Source: Patescibacteria group bacterium (GTDB lineage Bacteria > Patescibacteriota > Microgenomatia > UBA1400 > PJMF01). Taken from it: a stretch of 64,000 bases of DNA. The DNA lies in NCBI GenBank assembly GCA_040879165.1, contig JBBDKV010000013.1, positions 71,967 through 135,966 on the forward strand, given 5' to 3'. The notes below the pieces were generated by a model. It saw nothing but the letters and a program-made list of their open reading frames with translations. It was not told the DNA's origin and ran no database searches. Shown one piece after another: positions 38,905-49,695 of the stretch; positions within the stretch are counted from its first letter, which is position 1, and the number at the start of each line of letters is the position of its first letter. A program made the translations under genes and the position numbers.

Positions 38905-41400
38905 ATGCTTGCTATGAAAAAAAAGACTCAAAAACACTCAAAGCGTAAACCGTCAAAATCATCGAAAATTATCGCAATGAGCTTGCTTGGTTCGAGTCAA
39001 TCTCAAAAAACAGCTCAGCAGATCAAAAAACAATGGAAAAAACTGCCAACTTTTTCCATACCCAAAGCACTGATTAAGTCCTTGAGCAAGATGTTGAAAT
39101 TCTTTGGGATGCTACTCCTCCTCCCTTTTAAAAATCCCATTGCTCGCTACGGACTATTGATTGTCATCGCACTGAGCCTCTTTGGAATCAGTCGAATGTT
39201 ACAAGATTTACCCTCTCCCAGAAATCTAACAAGTCGTGACAACTTTGCAGTCAGTACACAAATTTTTGATCGAAATGGTCAGTTGTTGTACGAAATTTAC
39301 GCTGATGAAAACCGCATTCCTATCAAGCTTGCAGATCTGCCGCCGCACGTTGGTCAAGCGGCAATTGCCATTGAAGACCAGCATTTTTATAGCCACCATG
39401 GGTTTGACATTCGCGGCATCATTCGCGCTTCGTATCGCAACCTTCAAGGACAGCGCCTAGAAGGCGGTTCCACCATCACGCAACAATTAGTCAAAAATGC
39501 CTTGCTCTCTAGTGAGCGGTCATGGCAACGAAAAATAAAAGAAGCTGTTCTCTCAGTATTTACTGAGCTGCTGTACACAAAAGAAGAGATTTTAGAAATG
39601 TACTTAAACTACATTTCCTACGGTGGTACTGCCGTGGGTATTGAGTCCGCAGCACAATTGTATTTTGATAAACACGCCAAAGACCTAACCGTTGCTGAAG
39701 CAGCTCTGCTTGCCGGTTTGCCTCAGGCGCCAACACGCTATTCACCATTTGGCTCAGATCCAACTCGGTCAAAAAATCGCCAAGAAGACGTTTTAAGAAG
39801 AATGCATGAAGATGCTTACATTACCAGTCTGCAATATGAAACTTCTGTCTCTGACCCCCTCACTTTCGCTTTGTCACGGCAGGACATTGAAGCTCCACAC
39901 TTTGTGTTTTTTGTCAGAGATCTATTATATGAAGAATATGGCACGGAGACTGTGGAGCGCGGAGGATTGCGAGTGACCACCACGCTTGATCTCGACCTGC
40001 AAAAAGCTGCTCAAGCCTCCGTTGCAGCTGAAGTAGCGTCTTTACAAAATATGTCTGTTACTAATGGTGCTTCACTCGTAGTAGCACCGAATACTGGAGA
40101 AATTTTGGCCATGGTTGGCTCTAAAGATTACTTTGCAACTGAATCTGATGGACAAGTTAACGTCACCCTGGCCAGCCGACAACCAGGAAGTTCAATAAAG
40201 CCGTTAATGTACGCAACAGCATTTCAGGAAAAAGTACTGAACCCAGGCACGATGTTACTTGATGTACCAACCTGTTTTACTTCTCAAGGTCAGCAACCGT
40301 ATTGTCCACGCAATTATGATGGAACGTTTCGCGGCCCAGTCACTGTGCGCAATTCGCTCGGTAGCTCTCTCAACATTCCTGCAGTAAAAGGGTTGCGGGC
40401 GCTGGGTCTCCCCAACTTTATTAATCAAGCATCCGCTATGGGTATAACCAGCTGGCAAGACCCCTCACGGTACGGTTTGTCGCTCACGCTTGGAGGTGGA
40501 GAAGTGCGGATGATAGATATGGCACAAGCATTTGGCGTCTTAGCCAACCAAGGAGTCCAAGTTCCCTTATCTCCGTTTCTCAAAGTTGAAGACTATCGCG
40601 GTGAAGTCTTGTTCGAACTAAATCCAGAGGAACGACTTGCAGACTTAGAGTACTTGGCAGAATATGATGACCAACAACAAGGTGATTTAGTTCGCGTAAT
40701 GGATAGTGCTCCTGCATATATGACGAGTCACATCATGCAAGATAATCAGGCCAGGATAGCTGCCTTCGGCCCCAATTCCTCACTCGTCATTCCCAATCAA
40801 GTTGTCAGTGCCAAAACAGGCACCACCAATGATCTACGCGATAACTGGACGATTGGTTTTACCCCTGAATTTCTAGTCATAACCTGGGTTGGCAACAACG
40901 ACAACTCGCCCATGAACCGCCGTTTAGTTTCTGGGGTTACTGGTGCAGCGCCCATTTTCAATGACATTATGAGTTTTATCTTGCAAGATCGCCCTTCAAT
41001 CTGGCAAGAAAAACCAACAGATGTCCTATCAGAAAACGTCTGCCCCCACGGTATGCCACCGCAGGAAGGAGAGAGCTGTCGACTATCTGGTCCAGAGCTG
41101 TATTGGACTGCTAGCCAACCATCAGCTTCCAGAGAAACAAGAACCAATATTTGGATTGATCCTACTACTGGTTTGCCCCCTCCATATGGTGAACAAGTAG
41201 AAGGTTTAGTTTTGGAAGAAAGAACCATTATGCAAGATCCAGTTACTGATATGTACTGCGTAGATTGCAATCGCCCGGTGGATGAAGAAGGACGGGTGCA
41301 ACGAGAACGGCACACCGTGAGCGAAGAATACTCAAGTGAAGATCAAAATGACTGGGGAGAATGGGGAAACTGGGATGAATCTTGGGAAACGAACGAATAA
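38905..41400 (+). CDS. Class A penicillin-binding protein
   Basis: IEDQHF, GGSTITQQLVKN, RQPGSSIKP, SLN, KTGT. Confidence 0.96.
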   Translation: MLAMKKKTQKHSKRKPSKSSKIIAMSLLGSSQSQKTAQQIKKQWKKLPTFSIPKALIKSLSKMLKFFGMLLLLPFKNPIARYGLLIVIALSLFGISRMLQDLPSPRNLTSRDNFAVSTQIFDRNGQLLYEIYADENRIPIKLADLPPHVGQAAIAIEDQHFYSHHGFDIRGIIRASYRNLQGQRLEGGSTITQQLVKNALLSSERSWQRKIKEAVLSVFTELLYTKEEILEMYLNYISYGGTAVGIESAAQLYFDKHAKDLTVAEAALLAGLPQAPTRYSPFGSDPTRSKNRQEDVLRRMHEDAYITSLQYETSVSDPLTFALSRQDIEAPHFVFFVRDLLYEEYGTETVERGGLRVTTTLDLDLQKAAQASVAAEVASLQNMSVTNGASLVVAPNTGEILAMVGSKDYFATESDGQVNVTLASRQPGSSIKPLMYATAFQEKVLNPGTMLLDVPTCFTSQGQQPYCPRNYDGTFRGPVTVRNSLGSSLNIPAVKGLRALGLPNFINQASAMGITSWQDPSRYGLSLTLGGGEVRMIDMAQAFGVLANQGVQVPLSPFLKVEDYRGEVLFELNPEERLADLEYLAEYDDQQQGDLVRVMDSAPAYMTSHIMQDNQARIAAFGPNSSLVIPNQVVSAKTGTTNDLRDNWTIGFTPEFLVITWVGNNDNSPMNRRLVSGVTGAAPIFNDIMSFILQDRPSIWQEKPTDVLSENVCPHGMPPQEGESCRLSGPELYWTASQPSASRETRTNIWIDPTTGLPPPYGEQVEGLVLEERTIMQDPVTDMYCVDCNRPVDEEGRVQRERHTVSEEYSSEDQNDWGEWGNWDESWETNE

Positions 41401-41420
41401 TCGACTAACTACGACACATC

Positions 41421-42695
41421 ATGAATGTATTGAGGAAAGCTTTCTATAATCGACCAACCTCCCGAAGTCCTCAAAAGACTTCTTCTCTACCGTGGTATGA
41501 ACGCAGTAAGTTGATAATTAAGCTCATTTTACTCGGCGTCATTGGCTTTTCTTCTGCTTTGGCTGTCAGCTTGTGGGTGCTCTGGGAAGAACCCATTCGC
41601 TCTCCAATTTCGTCTCTAACCGTATTTCGATTTTTACAAGAATCACGCCTACCAACCAGACCAAACAAAGTCGTCTATGGCTTTTTACCGTACTGGAATA
41701 TGTGCGAGGTGCAACTACAACCCGAGTTAACACATCTTTCCTATTTTTCTCTTACTATCGCAGGGGATGGCAGCATCATCACCAGGGAAAATGATTACCA
41801 GGAGCCCGGATACAACAATCTCCAATCTGAACGTTTTTTTGAATTGAGCACCGAGATGCTGGAGAACCAAGGTGGTGTAGAATTAGTGCTGACTCAATTT
41901 AATAATACTGATATAGCAAGTTTTTTGAGAAACCCTCAGGCGCATCAACAGTTAATCGATTCGCTTGATGGAGTAATTCTGGCGTATCCAATTACCGGAA
42001 TCAACATCGATATCGAACCCAGTGGCTCAGGTAGTGCTCGACTACGCGATGATCTGACAACTTTTGTTACCACTTTGCGAACACACTTGGACACTCGATA
42101 TGATTCGGTACAACTTTCCATAGATGTCTACGCTAGTGCTTCAAATAACCAGCAAATCTGGGATATTCCAGCGCTAGCGCAACAAGTCGATTACATGGTA
42201 GTTATGGCATACGATTTTCACCGACGTACCAGCACTCAGGCTGGTCCAGTCGCCCCACTCTTTGGTGGCAATGATTTGTGGGACAGCGATATCAACCAGC
42301 ATCTTCAAGAATTTATCAAATTTGTTCCTTCAGAAAAAATCTTGCTCGGTGTTCCCTTTTATGGATATGGGTGGCAAACTACTTCGCGTGACGCACAATC
42401 GCACACTTTTCCAAACACTGGCTCTACGGCAAGTATTTCTCGAGTAGAAAGCATACGCGATCGTAGTGAGGAACTGCAAGTTCAAGAACATTGGAGTGAA
42501 GAAGCATTATCACCATACATTTCGTATATTGAAGATGATGAGATTTATGTCATATACTATGAGAACTCAAGGTCAATTTCTTACAAACTGGATTACGTCA
42601 ATCAATTAGACCTTGGAGGTGTGGCTATTTGGGCACTGGGCTACGAAGGCGATTCAAGAGAATTATGGGATGTAGTTGCCAGAAAAATTCAATAG
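41421..42695 (+). CDS. Membrane-anchored GH18 glycoside hydrolase (SleL/YaaH-like)
   Basis: GINIDIE, VMAYDF, LGVPFYG, GVAIWALG. Confidence 0.88.
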   Translation: MNVLRKAFYNRPTSRSPQKTSSLPWYERSKLIIKLILLGVIGFSSALAVSLWVLWEEPIRSPISSLTVFRFLQESRLPTRPNKVVYGFLPYWNMCEVQLQPELTHLSYFSLTIAGDGSIITRENDYQEPGYNNLQSERFFELSTEMLENQGGVELVLTQFNNTDIASFLRNPQAHQQLIDSLDGVILAYPITGINIDIEPSGSGSARLRDDLTTFVTTLRTHLDTRYDSVQLSIDVYASASNNQQIWDIPALAQQVDYMVVMAYDFHRRTSTQAGPVAPLFGGNDLWDSDINQHLQEFIKFVPSEKILLGVPFYGYGWQTTSRDAQSHTFPNTGSTASISRVESIRDRSEELQVQEHWSEEALSPYISYIEDDEIYVIYYENSRSISYKLDYVNQLDLGGVAIWALGYEGDSRELWDVVARKIQ

Positions 42696-42802
42696 AAATT
42701 TATTCTTCCAAAGAGGGAGTGAATTTAACACATAGGTATATAACTTAAAAAATAGGACAAATGTTATTGTATTAGTTAATTAGCCATGGTATTATCCGCC
42801 CT

Positions 42803-45400
42803 ATGGCCGGAAGAAAACCCGTAACAAGCAGATCAAAGAATATTAAATCTTATCGATCGCATTTACTACAGTACGCGCTCAAGCAAAAAAAAACCTTTCA
42901 ACAATACTCTTACAACAAACCGTTTACATTTTTTATTCGATTTAAGCAGGGAAATATTTTTTCTAAAGATCGCTACTGGCTCACAAAAGCAGATCAGTTT
43001 TTACAAAACATCTTTTTCCTCTTCACCGCGCTAACGCTTGAATTTTTTCATGCAATTGGCCACAACACCCTACTGCTGTTTAGAAAAAGCTGGAAACTGT
43101 ACAAACGTAGTTGTTCAAAAAAAATCCAGTGGCGGACAGCGTTTTCTTCGATCAGTCATACGTTGAAGCAGCACTCTAACTCGGTGCGATCTGTCGCGTT
43201 GCACCCATTTGTTTCTGGGCAACGAATAGTAGCGCGCTGGAATAGAAAAAAAAGTTGGTCATTTAAGCGTAAGCTGCGCAAGTCTTTTGTCACTGCAACT
43301 CAAACCCCAGAGAAAAAATCTTTTTCGAGTACATTCGCACAAGTACTAGTAGCTCCGTTCAAACCGTTCTACCTCACCGTCCAACTCTTTCCATTGCAAA
43401 CAATCATCGCGCTGGTTCTGAGTACAGCTATTATCAGTAGCAGCTACTGGGTTCATACTTTTATCTTTGAAGATTTGCCCAAACCCGAACTTCTGACACA
43501 ACAAGAACCTGAGATCACCACAGTTATTACCGATCGAGATGGTGAAATCCTGTATCAACTGTATAAAGACGAAAATCGCACCATTATTCCTTTATCTGAA
43601 GTATCTCCTAATTTGGTGTACGCCACCATTGCTATTGAAGATAAAGATTTCTACCTTCATCAGGGATTTTCACTGCGCGGCATTACTCGGGCAATCTGGT
43701 CTAATTACCACAATGAGTCAATTCAAGGTGGTTCCACCATTACTCAACAGCTCGTTAAAAATCGCTTGCTAACCACCGAGCGCACCTTTCAACGGAAGTT
43801 TCGAGAAATTATTCTCGCCGTAATGGCAGAGCGCGTCTATGAAAAAGAAGAAATTTTAGAAATGTATTTTAATCAAATTGCTTACGGCGGAGCAACATAT
43901 GGTGCAGAAGCAGCTGCACAGCGGTATTTCGGTAAATCAGCAAGTGAGCTCAATTTACCTGAGGCAGCGTTGCTTGCTGGATTGCCAGCCGCTCCCAGCG
44001 CTTACTCTCCATTTGGAGCCTATCCAGAAACGGCAAAACTGAGACAGATGCAGGTGCTCAATCGTATGGCAGAAGATGGCTATATTTCTCAAGAAATTGC
44101 AGACCAAGCCGCGCGAGTTGAACTGGCATATGAAGAAGACGTCATCAATATTCAAGCACCCCACTTCGTAATGTACGTGCGCCAATACCTGGCTGACCAA
44201 TTTGGTGAAGAAATGCTCCACAAGGGAGGATTAGTAATTCGCACCAGCCTAGACCTTTCACTCCACAACAAAGCTCAGGAGCTGGTGACAAATGAGGTGC
44301 AATCGTTAGCACATTTGCGAGTGCAAAATGGCGCAACCTTGGTTACCAACCCCAAAACTGGCGAAATTCTTTCAATGGTCGGCAGTACAAATTATTTTGA
44401 TTTTGAAAATGATGGTCAAGTTAACCTCACCATGAGACCAAGACAGCCTGGAAGCTCCATTAAACCGCTTACCTACGCCCTTGCACTTGAACGCGGTATG
44501 TCACCAAATTCGATCATTCAAGACCAACCAACCACCTTTGACATTGCTGGCACAAGACCGTATAGCCCCAGAAATTACGATGGAAAGTATCGTGGCAATG
44601 TTACGCTCAAAGAGGCATTGGCTTCTTCGTACAATATTCCTGCTGTAAAACTACTCAATCAAATTGGTGTTGGGGCCCTCATTGATAAAGCGGAAGCTAT
44701 GGGAATTACAACCTGGGGAGAACGGACTCGCTTTGGTTTGTCGCTCACCCTTGGTGGAGGCGAAGTCCTAATGACCGATATGGCCAAACTCTATGGCGTT
44801 TTTGCCAATCAAGGCTATGCGGTAAACTTGCAACCAATTTTGGAAATCAGAACCTACAAAGGAGAACTTGTATTTGAAAATTCGTGCGCACTGACTGGTA
44901 TGAACTGTGACCGCCGCAAAGTGCTCAATGAAGCCGTCGCGTATCAAATCAGCAACATGCTTTCTGACAATAACGCCCGCGCTCCAGCATTCGGACCTCA
45001 ATCCACACTCTTTATCCCTGATCAAGAAGTAGCTGTTAAAACGGGCACTACCAATAATCTGCGAGATAACTGGACTATTGGGTACACATCTGATCGAGTT
45101 GTAGCCACCTGGGTGGGCAATAATGATAATCAGCCGATGAGCTACGTCGCCTCAGGAGTCACTGGCGCTTCGCCAATCTGGAACTCAGTGGTGCGACTCG
45201 TGCTGGATACCGAACAGCCACATCGCTTCGCAATGCCACAAAACCTTATCAAAGTAGCCATCTGCGCCAGTACAGGCACACTGCCCTGCTCGGGCTGCTC
45301 GCGCGTTGTCGAGGAATATTTTGTTCCTGGTACTGAGCCTACTGTCGCCTGTAATATTGCGGCTCCAGTCAGTATGCCTTCTCCCGTCCGAGAAGACTGA
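42803..45400 (+). CDS. Class A penicillin-binding protein with long basic N-terminus
   Basis: IEDKDF, GGSTITQQ, RQPGSSIKP, SYN, KTGT. Confidence 0.96.
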   Translation: MAGRKPVTSRSKNIKSYRSHLLQYALKQKKTFQQYSYNKPFTFFIRFKQGNIFSKDRYWLTKADQFLQNIFFLFTALTLEFFHAIGHNTLLLFRKSWKLYKRSCSKKIQWRTAFSSISHTLKQHSNSVRSVALHPFVSGQRIVARWNRKKSWSFKRKLRKSFVTATQTPEKKSFSSTFAQVLVAPFKPFYLTVQLFPLQTIIALVLSTAIISSSYWVHTFIFEDLPKPELLTQQEPEITTVITDRDGEILYQLYKDENRTIIPLSEVSPNLVYATIAIEDKDFYLHQGFSLRGITRAIWSNYHNESIQGGSTITQQLVKNRLLTTERTFQRKFREIILAVMAERVYEKEEILEMYFNQIAYGGATYGAEAAAQRYFGKSASELNLPEAALLAGLPAAPSAYSPFGAYPETAKLRQMQVLNRMAEDGYISQEIADQAARVELAYEEDVINIQAPHFVMYVRQYLADQFGEEMLHKGGLVIRTSLDLSLHNKAQELVTNEVQSLAHLRVQNGATLVTNPKTGEILSMVGSTNYFDFENDGQVNLTMRPRQPGSSIKPLTYALALERGMSPNSIIQDQPTTFDIAGTRPYSPRNYDGKYRGNVTLKEALASSYNIPAVKLLNQIGVGALIDKAEAMGITTWGERTRFGLSLTLGGGEVLMTDMAKLYGVFANQGYAVNLQPILEIRTYKGELVFENSCALTGMNCDRRKVLNEAVAYQISNMLSDNNARAPAFGPQSTLFIPDQEVAVKTGTTNNLRDNWTIGYTSDRVVATWVGNNDNQPMSYVASGVTGASPIWNSVVRLVLDTEQPHRFAMPQNLIKVAICASTGTLPCSGCSRVVEEYFVPGTEPTVACNIAAPVSMPSPVRED

Positions 45401-45411
45401 CAATTGCTGCA

Positions 45412-45627
45412 TTACGCTAGCATCCACAATACATACGCGGTGATAACAGTCAGTAGTAATACAGTGGGCGCAACCATTCGTTCAAGCAACTGCTGGCGTT
45501 TTTTCGCCGCATCTTTTTTCCGTTTTTCGATGCCCTTGCGCTCTTTCTGAGCTTGACGCGCCTCGATAGTGTCGGTTAGCTCTCTGAGAGAGTTGGCTGA
45601 GTCTTCAGATGATTGGTGCGTGCTCAT
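45412..45627 (-). CDS. Small tail-anchored hypothetical protein
   Basis: Coiled coil plus C-terminal TM; follows cmk. Confidence 0.55.
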   Translation of the reverse strand: MSTHQSSEDSANSLRELTDTIEARQAQKERKGIEKRKKDAAKKRQQLLERMVAPTVLLLTVITAYVLWMLA

Positions 45628-45633
45628 GATGCT

Positions 45634-46344
45634 TTAGCTTTTTTTACTCGACTCAAGAAGAACTTGCACTTTTGCCACGATCATTTCCACAACTCGCTCA
45701 ATAGATAAATCACTCGTGTCGATGACCCAGGCTTCAGGAACAATTTTAAGGGGATCTGTCTTACGGTTCGTGTCGAGCTCATCTCGCTCCAATAAATCTT
45801 TGTAAACCTGAGCAAATTCAACGTCAGTACCTTTAGTAAGCAACTGCATATGACGACGCTTTGCACGTACTGTGTCACTGGCTGTCAAATAAATTTTTAA
45901 CTGGGCGTCAGGCAATACTGCATACGTTGTGTCTCTGCCCTCCATGACAATGTTTTGATTTTTGGCAATATTTTGCTGCTTGGCGACCAGTGCCTTACGA
46001 ACCAAAGGATGTACCGCAACCTTTGACGCCCCTCTGCCAATTTCTTCAGTTCTGATCTGCCATGAAACATCTTCACCATTTACCTTGACCGTCGTCAGAC
46101 GACCGTCACGCTCATCACCCTTTGGGTTATACATCTCAATGTTTGTTTTTTCGATTAACGCACTAACAGCAGCTTCATCTGTAAGATCAATGTCGGCGTG
46201 TATCGACATCCAGGCCGTAACCCGATACATCGCACCAGTATCCACGTACAAAAAAGCAAGACGATCTGCCACTAGTCGAGAAACAGTACCCTTACCAGCG
46301 GCAACTGGCCCATCAATAGCAATGTGAAAGGGTTGGTTTGTCAT
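45634..46344 (-). CDS. cmk: Cytidylate kinase (bacterial type)
   Basis: IAIDGPVAAGKGT, DTGAMYR, MEGRD. Confidence 0.96.
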   Translation of the reverse strand: MTNQPFHIAIDGPVAAGKGTVSRLVADRLAFLYVDTGAMYRVTAWMSIHADIDLTDEAAVSALIEKTNIEMYNPKGDERDGRLTTVKVNGEDVSWQIRTEEIGRGASKVAVHPLVRKALVAKQQNIAKNQNIVMEGRDTTYAVLPDAQLKIYLTASDTVRAKRRHMQLLTKGTDVEFAQVYKDLLERDELDTNRKTDPLKIVPEAWVIDTSDLSIERVVEMIVAKVQVLLESSKKS

Positions 46345-46446
46345 ATACGGCAATCAGTCAGGACTATAACGCGATTATAGTAAGAATGCAAACATCAACA
46401 CTGACCAATGCATACACACAGATACAAACAAAGAAAGCGTCAATCG

Positions 46447-46740
46447 TTATTTTTTACTCGAGCGAGCAGTTTTCTTTTTAGCTGAGGTCTTCTTTTTGGA
46501 AGATTTGGCTGCTGACTTACTTGCGGGCTTTGCTGCTGCTTTAGCCTTAGCGCGGTTAGCTTTTTGTTCTTCCAACGTCCATTCTTCTCGATCAGAAATA
46601 AGCAGACCACCGAGTCCAACAATAATTAACAATAATGGCCATAAATTCCAGAAGTCACGAGGCAGCAAGCCTATATTAACTCCGAGAAATAAGAATCCCA
46701 TTACTACAAGTGCGGCAGGCCAAAAAACACGTTTCGGCAT
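46447..46740 (-). CDS. LiaI/LiaF-like TM protein with Lys/Ala-rich tail
   Basis: Two TMs with LWPLLLIIVG; AAKPASKSAAKSSKKK tail; SD AAGGAG. Confidence 0.65.
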   Translation of the reverse strand: MPKRVFWPAALVVMGFLFLGVNIGLLPRDFWNLWPLLLIIVGLGGLLISDREEWTLEEQKANRAKAKAAAKPASKSAAKSSKKKTSAKKKTARSSKK

Positions 46741-46885
46741 AAATAACTCCTTTTTGAATTGCTGAAAGGTACTATGTCCATTAAAGCAAAGAATAGGACA
46801 TAAAGTCGAGGGGGAATTTGTGCAACAATCTAGAACAATGTGCCAAGTTTCAGTTGATTGATGCAAAACAGCTCGGTCAGTGAAT

Positions 46886-47332
46886 TTAGTATACCGATCG
46901 CTTGAACTGCTTCTGAAGTTCTCGCTTTTGATCTCTTTCTTTCAATTTTCGACGCTTATCATGTGATTTTAGACCTCTGCCAATACCAATTGTCAATTTA
47001 ATGCGATTAGACACCAACTTAAAATTAAGCGCTACTAAACTACGCTTTTTCTGAGTACTCCAGGTTTCCAAATCTTGAATTTCACTTTTCTTAAGTAATA
47101 ATTTCCGGGTTCTCTTTGGTTCATAGTCTGGATTATTGGCAAATTGATACGGTGTAATTTGAGCATTGAGCAAAATTGCCTCACCCCCAACAATACGTAC
47201 GTAACTACCCACTAAACTAGCCCTACCCAGTCGGAGACTTTTGGTTTCCTGACCAGATAGCACAACGCCAGCAGTATATTTCTGCTCGATATCGTATTCG
47301 TGACGAGCATGACGATTTTGTACAAGAATCAT
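46886..47332 (-). CDS. smpB: SsrA-binding protein
   Basis: NRHARHEY, AGVVLSGQETKSLR, RTRKLLL, DKR. Confidence 0.96.
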   Translation of the reverse strand: MILVQNRHARHEYDIEQKYTAGVVLSGQETKSLRLGRASLVGSYVRIVGGEAILLNAQITPYQFANNPDYEPKRTRKLLLKKSEIQDLETWSTQKKRSLVALNFKLVSNRIKLTIGIGRGLKSHDKRRKLKERDQKRELQKQFKRSVY

Positions 47333-47380
47333 AAACCATAGTATACCAGGCTTGACCAAAAACCAGATTGCTACTTGTCG

Positions 47381-49591
47381 TTATAACGGAATTGAGAATA
47401 TTGTTGAGCCGCTGAGCACATAGGCTGTTGCGGTGGATTCTTGAATAAAGAGGTCTGTGGCAGCAGCTAGTGATACATTTTTTATTTCTCGGAGAAACTG
47501 GCCGTCTTTGGTCAAAACTACTAACCGTTGCTGCGCTGACTCAAGAATATAGAGATTCTCAAACTCTTCTCTAGTTACAATGGCCAATCGACCAGTAAAC
47601 GGCTCAGATAAGCCACTGACAGCAAACTCTGCTTGCGATCCCGAGGTATATTTGCGAATTCTTCCATCCTGCGTAGCAATCCAGATATCCCCATCAATCG
47701 CCCAAGATGCCACTTCTTCAAACGAAACACCCAACGGACCAATCAGCCAGCCGATCGGATCAGAAAAATCACTGCCATCAAACAGATACCGATATATATC
47801 TCTTTGATCTGGATTAAAAACATAGAGGTACGGACCAAACGAACCTACGAGCGTGCCTTCTCGATTTGAATCTCCCTCATCTATAATTAAGGCTGGTTCT
47901 GCTGAACTCTCAAGCGGCATTTGGTACAGACCTTGAGCAAGAAAGACCGCACTACTTGCGTCACGCATCACCGCAGATTCAATTGAACCAACAGCTGAAA
48001 CATCAACGGCTTCCATTTGATCTGACTGAAGATCAATTACAATACCTTGTTGAGCTTCCTGATCCAGGACTAATGCTTGGTTATCGCTGGCAATTACGCT
48101 TGAGGCGATGAAACTAGACTCTACTGTTCGCAAATCAAATGCCACAGTCAGCTCTCTCAACTCATCTCTCCCAGAGATAGCCTCCACCAACGCCTGTGTA
48201 TCCGTGCGAAGCTGCTGAGCCAACTCCAAAAGAACGTCCTTGTTTTCATTTTCTGCATCAATAACCACCTCATCAAGCGCAGCAAGCAACCCTTGAGATT
48301 CCTCACGAGCAGTCACTGGGTCACTACTGGCCTGAGCGCGAACGCCATCCAGTCGAGCTTGATACGGCTCGATGATCGTTTGCGCCTCAGTTTGCTGTGC
48401 TTCATATCGCCAATCTAAATAAAACCAGACCGCCCCTAAAACTACCGACACACCAACTATGCTAATAAGCAGTATTCTCAATCGCTTGATTCGTTGCGAT
48501 GGAACATACTCTCGAGTAAAAATTAACTGGCGCAATACAGGAGCCAATTGAGCGATCTGTTTTTTGCAATTTTTCAGAAAGCGCACTACTAAACCCAGCA
48601 AGGATACGAGTACACGCCATGATTTTGCGAAGAGAGCCTTCCACGGAAAACTGTGCTTCGACCTGGATTTTTGTGGGGGCACACCCAGGTTTCGGTCTGC
48701 ACCATCTTCGAACATTTTCGATTGCGCTTGCTCACTAGTACCCAACGCCGTCGGCTGTTTTGCATTTGGCGACTCAGACCGAGCATCAACTCGCGGACTA
48801 TCGGAAGCTACTTCCGAACCAGACGGGGCAGCTGTGTCAGTTGGCGGCTCCGGTTTAGACTGAGTTTCTGACTGAGCTTCCACTAGTGGCTCAGTCGGGG
48901 GAGTTGGATCAGTTGTGAGTGTTGACTCAGTTGGGGAAATTGGCTCAGTCGAGGGCATTGGCTCAGAATCCGGTACATTTTTATCATGCGAGCCCGTTTT
49001 TTGTTCACTTTCTGAGTAATTTTTTTCTTCAACTATTGCAAATCCCAAAGCGCAGCGCGCAGAAGCATCCAAAGAATGTATCGCGGGCACAATTGAAGTC
49101 ACCACGCTATCGGTGTCGAATCCTTTTTGATAGGTGAGAGCAACAGCAGATAAAAATTGCTGCGCATCTAGCGTGGCAAAAATAAATACATCATCCAACT
49201 GAGCTTTACCTTGAATAATTTCAATACTGGCATCAGAAGTCAATACTTCACCAACCGTGTCACTTCGCTTCAAACTAATCGAGCCATGATACGTTGCCAA
49301 AATACTTCTTCCTGGACGGAATACGCCACCTGCCAAGGAACACTGGCATTTCAAATCAGAAAGCTGAGCAATGATGTCTTCAAAGGCTTGATACAGTGCC
49401 TCGGCACTTCTTGGGGGAGCAGCGGTAATATCCTCGACAATGCCTTTGCCAATTGATACAGCGCTTTCACCTTCCACGGCAATAGCAATTACGCAGCTAA
49501 TATTTGTTTCCGTTACCACGTCTATCACATGAGACCAGCCAGTAAACTGTGGCAAACTAACGATTGGAGTTACAGAGATCCTTTGCACCAT
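47381..49591 (-). CDS. Large single-pass membrane protein (degenerate PP2C-like N-terminus, P/S/T-rich linker, beta-propeller-like C-terminus)
   Basis: Domain composition inferred from sequence pattern. Confidence 0.6.
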   Translation of the reverse strand: MVQRISVTPIVSLPQFTGWSHVIDVVTETNISCVIAIAVEGESAVSIGKGIVEDITAAPPRSAEALYQAFEDIIAQLSDLKCQCSLAGGVFRPGRSILATYHGSISLKRSDTVGEVLTSDASIEIIQGKAQLDDVFIFATLDAQQFLSAVALTYQKGFDTDSVVTSIVPAIHSLDASARCALGFAIVEEKNYSESEQKTGSHDKNVPDSEPMPSTEPISPTESTLTTDPTPPTEPLVEAQSETQSKPEPPTDTAAPSGSEVASDSPRVDARSESPNAKQPTALGTSEQAQSKMFEDGADRNLGVPPQKSRSKHSFPWKALFAKSWRVLVSLLGLVVRFLKNCKKQIAQLAPVLRQLIFTREYVPSQRIKRLRILLISIVGVSVVLGAVWFYLDWRYEAQQTEAQTIIEPYQARLDGVRAQASSDPVTAREESQGLLAALDEVVIDAENENKDVLLELAQQLRTDTQALVEAISGRDELRELTVAFDLRTVESSFIASSVIASDNQALVLDQEAQQGIVIDLQSDQMEAVDVSAVGSIESAVMRDASSAVFLAQGLYQMPLESSAEPALIIDEGDSNREGTLVGSFGPYLYVFNPDQRDIYRYLFDGSDFSDPIGWLIGPLGVSFEEVASWAIDGDIWIATQDGRIRKYTSGSQAEFAVSGLSEPFTGRLAIVTREEFENLYILESAQQRLVVLTKDGQFLREIKNVSLAAATDLFIQESTATAYVLSGSTIFSIPL

Positions 49592-49695
49592 CTTCGGCTG
49601 TATTGTAACATGAAGCTTCTCGAGAGGATGTTCGGGAAAATTTTGACAACAGGGATCAAAAATGCTCTACTAAAAAACTGAGCATCACGACAGAT

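Noticed and set aside
42720-42780. dif site
   Set aside because: Only a partial XerD-arm-like match in AT-rich DNA; no 11-6-11 structure
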